A stretch of DNA of 63,489 bases, counting the filler, from Octopus bimaculoides (taxonomy: Eukaryota): NCBI RefSeq assembly GCF_001194135.2. It is 4 parts of 4 records of this genome, joined end to end, with 100 filler letters (N's around TTAATTAATTAA, not from the genome) between each part and the next. Parts side by side here need not be neighbours in the genome. Positions count along the whole stretch, not along the records: positions 25,844 to 50,329 come from NC_068985.1; positions 50,430 to 61,048 come from NC_068990.1; 2 more parts are not named here. One strand, given 5' to 3'. The position numbers and the translations under genes were made by a program. The notes under the pieces are model-generated. The model was not told the origin of the DNA. It saw nothing but the letters and a program-made list of their open reading frames with translations, and did not search any database. Below are positions 40,595-51,971 of the stretch, in pieces. Every line of letters begins with the position of its first letter. The first letter of the stretch is position 1.

Positions 40595-40709
40595 GTCACG
40601 TTAATGATATTTTCCCATATTTCCTGCAACATGCTCGAGAAGTGTTCCCGCATCTTGTTTGTATGGATGATCTGAAAAAAATCAGTGATCTCAGGCTACC
40701 AGCCAACTG
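40595..40709 (+). CDS. SUPV3L1: SUV3 exon 4
   Basis: tttcag|(G)[38 protein letters not shown]|gtatgt, 115 nt; DDLxKISDLR is a SUV3 hallmark. Confidence 0.95.
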
Positions 40710-43004
40710 GTATGTTTACATTGAATAAAATAGATTTGTGTGATGAACCATTGGTACACACATTGATTACACACACACACACACTCTCATATTCCTGTTA
40801 TTTTTTAACCCCAAGTCATCCTTGATTGAGCAAATCTATGATTAAAGGCATTCAGCTGTGACCACGTTGGTGCTTTTGGGGTGTAATATGAATGCTATTC
40901 ATCTGCTATGTCCAGTAGATTAAGCAGCTGTGTAGGGCGTCCCTCATCAATTCATTTATATTCCTTTTGTTAAAAATTGATTTGACAAAAGTTGTTGATG
41001 GAAGACATAATTATTTCCTTAATTACTCTTTTATTTGTTTCAGTCATTTGACTGCGGCCATGCTGGAGCACCACCTTTAGTCGAGCAAATCGACCCCAGG
41101 ATTTATTCTTTGGAAACCTAGTACTTATTCTATCAGTCTCTTGCCGAACCGCTAAGTTACAGGGACGTAAACACAACAGTATCAGTTGTCAAACGATGTT
41201 GGGGGGACAAACATACATAGACACAAACATATACACACACATACATACATACATACATATATATANNNNNNNNNNNNNNNNNNNNNNNNNNNNNNNNNNN
41301 NNNNNNNNNNNNNNNNNNNNNNNNNNNNNNNNNNNNNNNNNNNNNNNNNNNNNNNNNNNNNNNNNNNNNNNNNNNNNNNNNNNNNNNNNNNNNNNNNNNN
41401 NNNNNNNNNNNNNNNNNNNNNNNNNNNNNNNNNNNNNNNNNNNNNNNNNNNNNNNNNNNNNNNNNNNNNNNNNNNNNNNNNNNNNNNNNNNNNNNNNNNN
41501 NNNNNNNNNNNNNNNNNNNNNNNNNNNNNNNNNNNNNNNNNNNNNNNNNNNNNNNNNNNNNNNNNNNNNNNNNNNNNNNNNNNNNNNNNNNNNNNNNNNN
41601 NNNNNNNNNNNNNNNNNNNNNNNNNNNNNNNNNNNNNNNNNNNNNNNNNNNNNNNNNNNNNNNNNNNNNNNNNNNNNNNNNNNNNNNNNNNNNNNNNNNN
41701 NNNNNNNNNNNNNNNNNNNNNNNNNNNNNNNNNNNNNNNNNNNNNNNNNNNNNNNNNNNNNNNNNNNNNNNNNNNNNNNNNNNNNNNNNNNNNNNNNNNN
41801 NNNNNNNNNNNNNNNNNNNNNNNNNNNNNNNNNNNNNAAAATTGTTAAACAACAATGGTTGTTATTGTCATCTGATTGAGCAGATATATAATCAAAAGTG
41901 TCCCAGCGGTGACCATCACCTCTTGTTATTTTTATCATCCTTTTTTGTTTTTATACCAAGTAAAATGTGATGCTTGGACTACATCTATTCAATTCTTTTA
42001 CTTGTTTTGGTTATTAGACTGCAGCTATGCTAGGGCACTGCCTTGAATTTTAAACCAAACAGAAGAGTCTTCTTGATCCTTTGCTGCCTCCACTCATTCA
42101 CAACCATTTTAGAGATTGCATATTATCTCATGGTTCCAGCACTAGTGAGGTTACCTTGTCCCCTGCAAGACTAAAAGGGAATCTTTTCTGTTGCTGTCAC
42201 TGATTTTGAAATTTCAGAATTATGTGAAAAGTTTCAAATTTGGTATATTTAATTTAATTTTTCACAATGAATCTGATGTTGTTATTCGCTTGTTCCAGAA
42301 GAATTTTTAGGAAAATGATACAAAGGTTTTAAAGTTGGATTATTTTTACTCAATCAGAAAACAGGGTTCGGAAGCTGGCATTTTGTGCATGATAGCTGTC
42401 TACCAGCGTTCGTCACCATCCCCTGCCAGAGCCTCATCGAGCTTTAGGTGTCTTTGCTCAATAAACACTCACAACGCCTGGTCTGGGAATCGAAACCGCA
42501 ACCCTATGACCTCGAGTCCGCTGCCCTAACGACTGGGCCATTGCGCCTCCACCAGTCTGGAGTAGCATGACAGGAAGCGGTGCAGCTTCCTTGATCTAAC
42601 CAACAGTAGTATTATTCCCTTCAGGGGACTGTCACATTAAGTTGACAGCATACAACTACTTCATCGTATCACTACTGCATAAATCTCTGAGAGATTTAGA
42701 AACGTATTATTTCTAAAAATGTCTGGAGAAATATTACCTTTCTTGGAAACTGATGAGCTTTTGCCACAGGAAGGGTATCTGCCTCAACAAATTCTTTCTG
42801 ACTCATGCAAGCATGGAAAAGCAAACATTAAAATGTTGTTGGTGTTTGCCCAAGCAAGATGGGGTTATGCCCATAGCTTTTACAGAATCTTTCTAGACTG
42901 GAGAGTGCAAGTAATTGATTGAGTTTAGCGTTTTAGCGCTTATTGTTCTTATTTGATCTGTTCTGGTTTATCTATTTATTGTTTTGTTTTTTTTTTCTCA
43001 TTAG

Positions 43005-43116
43005 GGAACCCCTTGTGATCTTGTGACTGGTGAGGAACGACGCTTTGCTAGTGAAGATGAGACTTCTTCTGAGCATGTGGCCTCTACTATTGAAATGACT
43101 AATATTAATATGTTAT
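43005..43116 (+). CDS. SUPV3L1: SUV3 exon 6 (exon 5 not visible)
   Basis: cattag|GTPCDLVTGEERRFASEDETSSEHVASTIEMTNINML|gtaagt, 112 nt; PCDLVTGEER and H-x-x-x-T-x-EM motifs. Confidence 0.95.
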
Positions 43117-43483
43117 GTAAGTATTTCATTCTGTATATATGTGTGTGTGTTGGTGTGTGTTGATGTGTGTGTGTTGGTGTTTGTTGGTGGTGGTGATGTG
43201 TGTGTTGGTGGTGTGTGTGTGTTGGTGTGTGTGTGTGTGTGTGTGTGTCGGTGCATTTGTGTTGGTGTTTGNNNNNNNNNNNNNNNNNNNNNNNNNNNNN
43301 NNNNNNNNNNNNNNNNNNNNNNNNNNNNNNNNNNNNNNNNNNNNNNNNNNNNNNNNNNNNNNNNNNNNNNNNNNNNNNNNNNNNNNNNNNNNNNNNNNNN
43401 NNNNNNNNNNNNNNNNNNNNNNNNNNNNNNNNNNNNGTGTATTTGTGTTGGTGTTTGTTGGTGGTGGTGGTGTGTGTTGGTGT

Positions 43484-43524
<41 letters not shown>

Positions 43525-43652
43525 TTGGTGTTGGTGTGTGTGTTGGTGTATTTGTGTTGGTGTGTGTGTGTTGCTGAGAGACAACCAAAGAAAAGACTCA
43601 CATCTGCACCGATTCCTTTCATTGATTTGCTTATTTATTTGTTCAATTTCAG

Positions 43653-43822
43653 ATGAAGTGGCCATCATTGATGAAATTCAAATGATCAAGGATGTCCAGA
43701 GAGGCTGGGCTTGGACTCGCGCTTTGCTAGGGATCTGTGCTGAAGAGATTCACCTCTGTGGTGAAGCATCAAGTTTAAATCTAGTCCAGGAATTAACAGA
43801 AATCACTGGCGATACATTAGAG
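43653..43822 (+). CDS. SUPV3L1: SUV3 exon 7 (motif II DEIQ)
   Basis: tttcag|(Y)[56 protein letters not shown]|gtgtgt, 170 nt. Confidence 0.97.
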
Positions 43823-44851
43823 GTGTGTATTCTGAGTTTATTTTTTCGGGTGTTGGAGTGGATTAATTTATTTTTCATCTTTTACTGGTTTCAGTCATTG
43901 GGCTGGCCATGCTGGAGCACTGCTTTGAAGGATTTTGCCTGGATGAATCAGCATTCATATTTAATGTTTTTAAGCTTGCTGCTCACTCTACTGATTTGTT
44001 ACACTGCATTGCTAAGTGGGAGAAATGTAAACAAACCAACACTGATTGTCAAGCAATGTGGAAACAAATGCAAACACACATACGCACACACACACACACA
44101 TGCACGTGCACACACATATACACATACATGCACATACACATGTGTACAAACACATGTATGCATACACACACACATGCACACATGTTCATATATACACACA
44201 CACATGTGCACACACACATGTGCACACACACACACACATGCATACACACACACACGTGTTCACATGCATATGACAAGCTTCTTTCAGTTTCCTCTTTCTT
44301 TATTGCCCACACGGGGCTAAACACAGAGGGGACAAACAAGGACAGACAAAGAGATTAAGCCAATTATATCGACCCCAGTGTGTAACTGGTACTGAATTTA
44401 TCGACCCCGAAGTGATGAAAGGCGAAGTTGACCTCGCCGGAATTTGAACTCAGAACGTAAAAACAGACGAAATACTGCTAAGCATTTTGCCCGGTGTGCT
44501 AACATTTCTGCCAGCTCACCGCCTGAAACACTTACACAAATTTCGGCAAACTGGGGCTATAGTCACAGACACTTGCCCTGGGTGCCATGCAGTGGGACTG
44601 AACCCAGAACCATGTAGTCGGGAAGCGAACCTCTTGCCACAGAGTCAAACCTGTGACCAAACACACACGGCCACACCACATTACTAATTTTTAATCAAGA
44701 TTGAATTTATGCTTATTGGATGTGCAGAATGAACTTGGAGAGGTGAGTTGAGTGCAAGTGAGCTGAGTGCAAATGAGTTGAGTGTAGTTTGTTGGATGAG
44801 TGGAGCTTGGAACAGTCTTTTCAGTATTTTTTCTGTTTTTCCTTCAAATAG

Positions 44852-44903
44852 GTCCGGAGATATAAGAGACTGACCAGCCTTAAGTATTTGGATAAAGCTG
44901 TTG
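44852..44903 (+). CDS. SUPV3L1: SUV3 exon 8
   Basis: aaatag|VRRYKRLTSLKYLDKAV(G)|gtaaga, 52 nt; YxRLT motif. Confidence 0.92.
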
Positions 44904-44984
44904 GTAAGACCACATCGAAGGATTTCCTTTTATCATCATCATCATCATCACCAACAATGACCACAACGACAACAACAACAAGGC

Positions 44985-45197
44985 ATCAATTTGGTAGAAT
45001 GGTTAGCAAGCCAGGCAAAATACTTAGCAACATTTCATCCATCTTTATGTTCTGAGTTCAAATTCTGCTGAGGTCCACTTTTCTTTTTATCCTTCCGGGG
45101 TCCATGAAATAATTACCAGTTGAACATTGGTGGGGGTCGATGTAATCGACTCATCCCCTCTTCTCCAAATTGTTGCCCTTGTGGCAAGATTTGAAGC

Positions 45198-45245
<48 letters not shown>

Positions 45246-45625
45246 TAATATTAAGGCAGCGAGCTGGCAGAATCGTTATTAGGGTTGATAAAATAAGTGC
45301 CAGTTAAACACTGGGGTCAATGTAATTGACTCATCCCCATCTCCCCCAAGGTACCCTTGTAGCAAATATTTGAAATAATTATTATCATTTTCATTATTAT
45401 TAAGTTGGCGAGATGGCAGAATCGTTAGCACGCCGGATGGAATGCTTAGTGGTATTTTGCCCATCACTACATTCTGAGTTCAAATTCTGCTGAGGTCGAC
45501 TTTGCTTTTCATCCCTTCAGGGTTGATAAATTAAGTAACTGTGAAACACTGAGTTTGATGTAATTGACTAGTCCCCTCTCCAACAATTCCAGGCCTTGTG
45601 CATATAGAAAGGATTATTATTATTA

Positions 45626-45674
<49 letters not shown>

Positions 45675-45690
45675 CATCATCATTATTATT
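44985..45690 (+). mobile_element. Tandem SINE family 1 copies with (TTA)n tails, between SUV3 exons 8 and 9
   Basis: Family 1 heads at ~44985, 45253 and 45405; (TTA)n runs at ~45198-45250 and ~45613-45690. Confidence 0.75.
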
Positions 45691-45911
45691 ATAGCTTCTT
45701 TGTCAAAGATTTCTCGTCACATCTCTTCAGCGATTCTCTATTAATTGGCAAAATATGACCATCCTGAAATATAACAATAAATGTTCCAACACACAATTTT
45801 ACATCAAGAATCTTGCAAAACAAATACATAACCATAAAATTATTATACATTTTCCTGCTATTCATAAAGCCTTTACATTACATTTTTGCTATTTCTCTTT
45901 CTTTGCTTCAG

Positions 45912-46040
45912 GTTCCTTCAGTAATGTACGACCTGGCGACTGCTTTGTATGTTTCAGTAAGAAAGACATCTTCTACATTAGCCAAGAATTAGAGAAGCGA
46001 GGCAATGAAGTAGCTGTGATCTATGGAGGTCTTCCACCTG
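45912..46040 (+). CDS. SUPV3L1: SUV3 exon 9
   Basis: cttcag|(G)[42 protein letters not shown](G)|gtaagt, 129 nt; GDC-x-VCFSK and VIYG-x-LPP motifs. Confidence 0.96.
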
Positions 46041-46247
46041 GTAAGTTACTTTCCATACATATAGGTGCAGGAGTGGCTGTGTGGTAAGTAGCTTGCTTAC
46101 CAACCACATGGTTTCGAGTTCAGTCCATTGAGAACCATTGACGTAGAATTTCAATACTGTTTGATCCGAGAAGAACTTTTGAAGTTGCTGCCTTTTCATG
46201 TAGTCTCATTAAGAAATAAAGGCAAACAATATATTTGTGTTTTACAG

Positions 46248-46341
46248 GAACAAAACTAGCTCAGGCCCAGAAGTTTAACGATCCTACAACTAGCTGTAAA
46301 ATCATGGTAGCTACTGATGCAATTGGTATGGGTTTGAATTT
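46248..46341 (+). CDS. SUPV3L1: SUV3 exon 10 (motif V)
   Basis: ttacag|(G)[31 protein letters not shown]|gtaagt, 94 nt; [12 protein letters not shown] motif. Confidence 0.96.
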
Positions 46342-46389
46342 GTAAGTATACTAATTCTTTGCTTTCATTTTTTAGTGTTTTTTTTTTGT

Positions 46390-46916
46390 TTCAGCCATTG
46401 GACTCTGGCCATGCTGGGATACCACCTTGAAGGGTTTATTCAAACAAATTGACATTGACCCCAGTACTAATTTTTATGCCCTGTACTTATTCTGTTATTC
46501 TCTTTTGCCAAACTGCTAAGTTATGTAGATGTAAACAAACCAACACCAGCTGTCAAGGGGTGGTGGAGAACAAACACGAAGATGCACACACACACACACA
46601 CATATATGATGGGCTCGCACAAAGAGTCTGTTGACCAAATTCACTCACTATGTATTGGTTGGCCTAGGGTTATAACACTTGCCCAAGGTTCTGCATGATG
46701 GAACTGAGCCCAGAACCACATAGTTGCAAAGTGAGTTTCTTAACCACATAGCCATATGCAGGAGTGGCTGTGTGGTAAGTAGCTTGCTTACCAACCACAT
46801 GGATCCGGGGGCTGTCCCACTGCATGGCACCTTGGGCAAGTGTCTTCTACTATAGCCTCAGGCCGACCAAAGCCTTGTGAGTGGATTTGGTAGACGGAAA
46901 CTGAAAGAAGCCCGTC

Positions 46917-46951
<35 letters not shown>
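46390..46951. mobile_element. Back-to-back (divergent) pair of SINE family 2 (GGTGCAGGAGTGGCTGTGTGG head) just 3' of SUV3 exon 10
   Basis: The minus copy ends near 46755 (…AACCACATAGCCATATGC) and directly abuts the plus head AGGAGTGGCTGTGTGGT. Other family copies at ~13240-13690, 15975-16390, 32518-32830, 39530-39806, 41020-41265, 43880-44680, 47580-47810, 48220-48405 and 56420-56670. Confidence 0.75.
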
Positions 46952-47047
46952 NNNNNNNNNNNNNNNNNNNNNNNNNNNNNNNNNNNNNNNNNNNNNNNNN
47001 NNNNNNNNNNNNNNNNNNNNNNNNNNNNNNNNNNNNNNNNNNNNNNN

Positions 47048-47086
<39 letters not shown>

Positions 47087-48374
47087 AAGATAAAGAAAGC
47101 AATGGTAAGGTTGGAGAAGTATTTTATGGATAGAGTCTTACAGCTGTTTCTGGGAAGATCCAGTACTTCCCTTCATCGGAGACAGAAAAAATAAAGGAAT
47201 CTATTATTATATCCATAGGCGGATATTTTTAGTATGAAGTGGTAAAGAGTGTGATGCGCTGAAAAAAAGAGAGAACAGTACTTGAAGTGTGGTTTCATTC
47301 CAGTAGCAAATATCCGTGTAAAAATCCATGTAAAGTAATCCTTGTGGGGATAATCCGGAAATAGATGTTGGAGCGAAGGCTGATACAGCATAGATAGCAG
47401 AGGTGAATATATGCCATACTGTGATGGATTTTTGCTTGTTTACTTGAAGAATGCCCAAGTCAAGTGAAAAGCGATCGGTAATTAGGTCAAGTCATGAAGA
47501 CAGAATGTGAAAGGGGATAGAGGAGAGATAGAGGTGGAGGATGGTAGCGGTATATTTTTATGGTCAGTTGATCTTATATATATATATGTATGTGTGTCTG
47601 TGTTTGTCCCTCCACCATTGCTTGACAACCGATGGTGGTGTGTTTACGTCCCCGTAACTTAGCGGTTCGGCAAAAGAGACCGATAGAATAAGTACTAGGC
47701 TTCCAAAGAATAAGTCCTGGGGTCGATTTGCTCGACTAAAGGCGGTGCTCCAGCATGGCTGCAGTCAGATGACTGAAACAAGTAAAAGAGTAAAAGAGAG
47801 AAAAGAGAGTATCCATTTTTTATGTAAGCAGAAAGCATGAGATGATAGGATTAATTTTCATTGGAGCCAACACAGTCTTGGCTTACTCCAAGTGGACAAT
47901 AATAAAATAATAAAGAAGATAATGGTATACATCAGTGGTTCTCAAGCAAGGTCCATACGGCCCTTGAGGGGCTCCACATAAGATTTTGTTAAAATCTATG
48001 TGCAATAAATTGGTCATACTTCTACAATACACAAAATATTCCTACAATTTTATTATAAAAATACCCAGGTCTATTTTAAACATCGAATGTGTATAGGGAT
48101 TCAGTAGAATAGAATAGGAATCAAAAGGATCCACCGGTAAAACATAATGGGCTTCCTCACAGTTTTCTTCTACTCATAAGGCTTATTAAACTCACATCAC
48201 TAATTTTGTTCAACATCTTTTCTGTGTGGTAAGAAGCTTGCTCCCCAACCACATGGTCCAGGATTCAGTCCACTGCGTGGCACCTTGGGTAAATGTCTTG
48301 TGCTATAACTTCGGGGCTGACCAAAGCCTTGTGAATAGATTTGGTAGGTGGAAAGTGAAAGAAGTCTGTTGTGT

Positions 48375-48407
<33 letters not shown>

Positions 48408-49465
48408 CTCAGAGTGGTTGGCGTTAGGAAGGGCATCCAGCTGTAGAAACTCTGCCAAATCAGATTGGAGCCTGGTGTAGCCATCTGGTTCACCAGTCCT
48501 CAGTCAAATCATCCAACCCATGCTAGCAAGAAAAGTGGACGTTAAACGATGATGATGATGATGATGATNNNNNNNNNNNNNNNNNNNNNNNNNNNNNNNN
48601 NNNNNNNNNNNNNNNNNNNNNNNNNNNNNNNNNNNNNNNNNNNNNNNNNNNNNNNNNNNNNNNNNNNNNNNNNNNNNNNNNNNNNNNNNNNNNNNNNNNN
48701 NNNNNNNNNNNNNNNNNNNNNNNNNNNNNNNNNNNNNNNNNNNNNNNNNNNNNNNNNNNNNNNNNNNNNNNNNNNNNNNNNNNNNNNNNNNNNNNNNNNN
48801 NNNNNNNNNNNNNNNNNNNNNNNNNNNNNNNNNNNNNNNNNNNNNNNNNNNNNNNNNNNNNNNNNNNNNNNNNNNNNNNNNNNNNNNNNNNNNNNNNNNN
48901 NNNNNNNNNNNNNNNNNNNNNNNNNNNNNNNNNNNNNNNNNNNNNNNNNNNNNNNNNNNNNNNNNNNNNNNNNNNNNNNNNNNNNNNNNNNNNNNNNNNN
49001 NNNNNNNNNNNNNNNNNNNNNNNNNNNNNNNNNNNNNNNNNNNNNNNNNNNNNNNNNNNNNNNNNNNNNNNNNNNNNNNNNNNNNNNNNNNNNNNNNNNN
49101 NNNNNNNNNNNNNNNNNNNNNNNNNNNNNNNNNNNNNNNNNNNNNNNNNNNNNNNNNNNNNNNNNNNNNNNNNNNNNNNNNNNNNNNNNNNNNNNNNNNN
49201 NNNNNNNNNNNNNNNNNNNNNNNNNNNNNNNNNNNNNNNNNNNNNNNNNNNNNNNNNNNNNNNNNNNNNNNNNNNNNNNNNNNNNNNNNNNNNNNNNNNN
49301 NNNNNNNNNNNNNNNNNNNNNNNNNNNNNNNNNNNNNNNNNNNNNNNNNNNNNNNNNNNNNNNNNNNNNNNNNNNNNNNNNNNNNNNNNNNNNNNNNNNN
49401 NNNNNNNNNNNNNNNNNNNNNNNNTAGCAAAAATTTATATTTTTATAAGAGACAGTTTATAAGAT

Positions 49466-49582
49466 CTCCCTAAATCCCCTGATCTCACCCCTTTTGATTT
49501 TTATCTTTGGGGGCATTTGAAAGGTATGGTGTATCGCAGAAAGATGAAAGACATAAATTATTTGAAGGAATGCATCACCGAC
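49466..49582 (+). pseudogene. Tc1/mariner-superfamily transposase C-terminal fragment
   Basis: LPKSPDLTPFDFYLWGHLKGMVYRRKMKDINYLKECITD matches the (WP)P-x-SPDL-x-P-x-DF-x-LWG-x-LK motif. Confidence 0.8.
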
Positions 49583-49613
49583 ACCTTCTATATTGAAGGG
49601 ATGAGGAATTAGG

Positions 49614-49923
49614 TACATTATTTACATTTGATGGATATTTGTCCTCATCTTGTTCGTTGCTAACACAACGATTCGGTTGATATACACTCCAGCCTTCATC
49701 AGGTGTCTTGAGGAAATTTCGAACCTGGGTTCTCATTCCTAAGGTATTTTTTGATGATGAAGGCTGGAGGGTACATCAGCCGAAACGTTGTGTTAACAGC
49801 AAACAAGATGAGGACAAATATCCATCATCGTTTAATGTCCGCTTTCCATGCTAGCATGGGTTGGACGATTTGACTGAGGACTGGTGAACCAGATGGCTAC
49901 ACCCATCAAATGTAAATAATGTA
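49614..49923. mobile_element. Fold-back of Penelope-type repeat with minimal hammerhead motifs; right arm interrupted by a LINE-tail insertion
   Basis: Arms 49614-49703 and 49755-49923; insertion 49828-49902 is flanked by a CCATCA duplication (49822-49827, 49903-49908). Confidence 0.75.
49662..49707 (-). ncRNA. Minimal type-I hammerhead ribozyme-like motif (degenerate copy)
   Basis: GACAC CTGATGA A GGCTG GAGTGTATAT CAACC GAAT CGTT GTGTT. The sister arm has the intact CAGCC GAAA CGTT GTGTT. Confidence 0.55.
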
Positions 49924-50262
49924 AATGCTGCTTTTATCTCTCATAGCTTGTGCTGCATAAGAAGCAGTCATGCTGGTGTCATGTTGAAAGTGGTGATACC
50001 AGACCACATAGAAAGCACCCATTATGTGCTTATGTGTTAGGAAGGGCATCCAGCCATGGCAACCATGCTAGAACAGATGATGGAGCCTGGTGCAGGTTCT
50101 GGCCTTACCAGTTCCTGTCAAACTATCCCACTCATGCCAGCATAGAAAATGGACATTAAATGATGATGATGGTGGTGATGATGATGATGATGGTGATGAT
50201 GATGCTAATGATGATGATGATGCTAATGATGATGATGATGGTGGTGGTGGTGGTGGTGATGG

Positions 50263-50293
<31 letters not shown>

Positions 50294-50429
50294 GGTGGTG
50301 GTGGTGGTGGTGATGATGCTGATGCTAATNNNNNNNNNNNNNNNNNNNNNNNNNNNNNNNNNNNNNNNNNNNNTTAATTAATTAANNNNNNNNNNNNNNN
50401 NNNNNNNNNNNNNNNNNNNNNNNNNNNNN

Positions 50430-50466
<37 letters not shown>

Positions 50467-51902
50467 TATGTATGTATGTATGTATGTGTGTATATGTATA
50501 AATACAGATTTTCAACTCCAGACAAATATAACAAAACTACTGTGAATCGTTGTTACAGTTTCCGCATCAGTGGAGTGAAGACGGCTAGTTCGTGCTCTGA
50601 CCTCGTGCCTAATTAGTTGCTTTAACTGAAAAAGGTTTACGTAAAAGATGTTTTTCCTATTATATATTGCGCATACCTGAAACGTACGTGCGAAATGGTA
50701 TCAAATTATCATTATGTTTCACTTCACAATTACAACTATGTACAAACATACGTGTATACATGCAAACACACGCACGTACGCATGCACACATACACGCATA
50801 CATATGTATATACATAAGCACAGACACCTATATATATATAATTTTATATGTTGTATATAATTAATGACCCCTTCCCGTCATGAATGACTAAAGGGTACAC
50901 CTAGAAAGTTCCTCTCCTAGGCTCATGTCCAGGCAAGATTGTTTTATGAAAGACCAGCCGTCGTCCATACATACCAACTTCCCACCTCCACTGATGTTAT
51001 CCAACGGAAAGGCAAAGGGGCCGATACAGTTTGACACCAGTGACGTCGCAACTCATTTCTGCTGCTAGAACAACGTGAAATAATGTGTCTTGCTCAAGAA
51101 CACAACACACAGTCCGGTCTGGAAATCGAACTCACTATCTCATGATTGTTAGACCGATGCTCTAACCAGTGAGCCATGTGCCTTGACCAGAATGTGTATA
51201 TAATTAATGGGTGTGATTAAAACAAGTGAAAACTTGTATGAGACTAACAAAGATTGTGTAACTCATTATATCATTATATACTTATGAACAGAACAATGTC
51301 TGTTAGCACTAATGAAGAAAATGGTAGTTGTATTAACGGAGATGAGGACAAAGATATTTGTAGACCAAACAGCAAAAAAAGAAAAAGAAAAAATTAGTAA
51401 ACTACACGAGCGAACAGATGGGTAGAACGATTAATAGGTACGTAGGTAACTAGACAGTATTACAGAAAATAGATAAAAATATGAAAAGCAAAAATAACAC
51501 AAATGTTAGTAAATATATAAAGGCAAGTAATTAGAAGTTGATATTGATGATGACGATGATGATAGCAATAAAAATAGCAATAATAAGAAGGGAAAGAATA
51601 AGAAAGAAGAAATAAAATGTGGTGAGAACTTCTCTAGATAGAAAGATAAAGTGTGATGATGGTGAATGGCAATACAATGGAAATAGGAATTAAAGGAAAT
51701 ATAAACTTAATAAGGGTTTCCCTGGAGAAAACATGGCGGTCGCGTGAACTGGACAATAGGATGGATTTACTTTGCTTTCAAAAAACTATGGATCAAATCC
51801 AACCAACATACACATACACTCACACACACATACACACGCGTAATTACACACGACAAAAATGCAAATATAAACTTATATACATTCATGCATATATAAGCAT
51901 AT

Positions 51903-51971
<69 letters not shown>

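Noticed and set aside
43139-44320. 393-aa ORF as a single CDS
   Set aside because: Read-through of a microsatellite and gap into real SUV3 exon 7; only 43653-43822 is coding.
50520-50580. Possible hammerhead on - strand (CTGATGCGGAAAC…)
   Set aside because: No stem II and no stem I partner.
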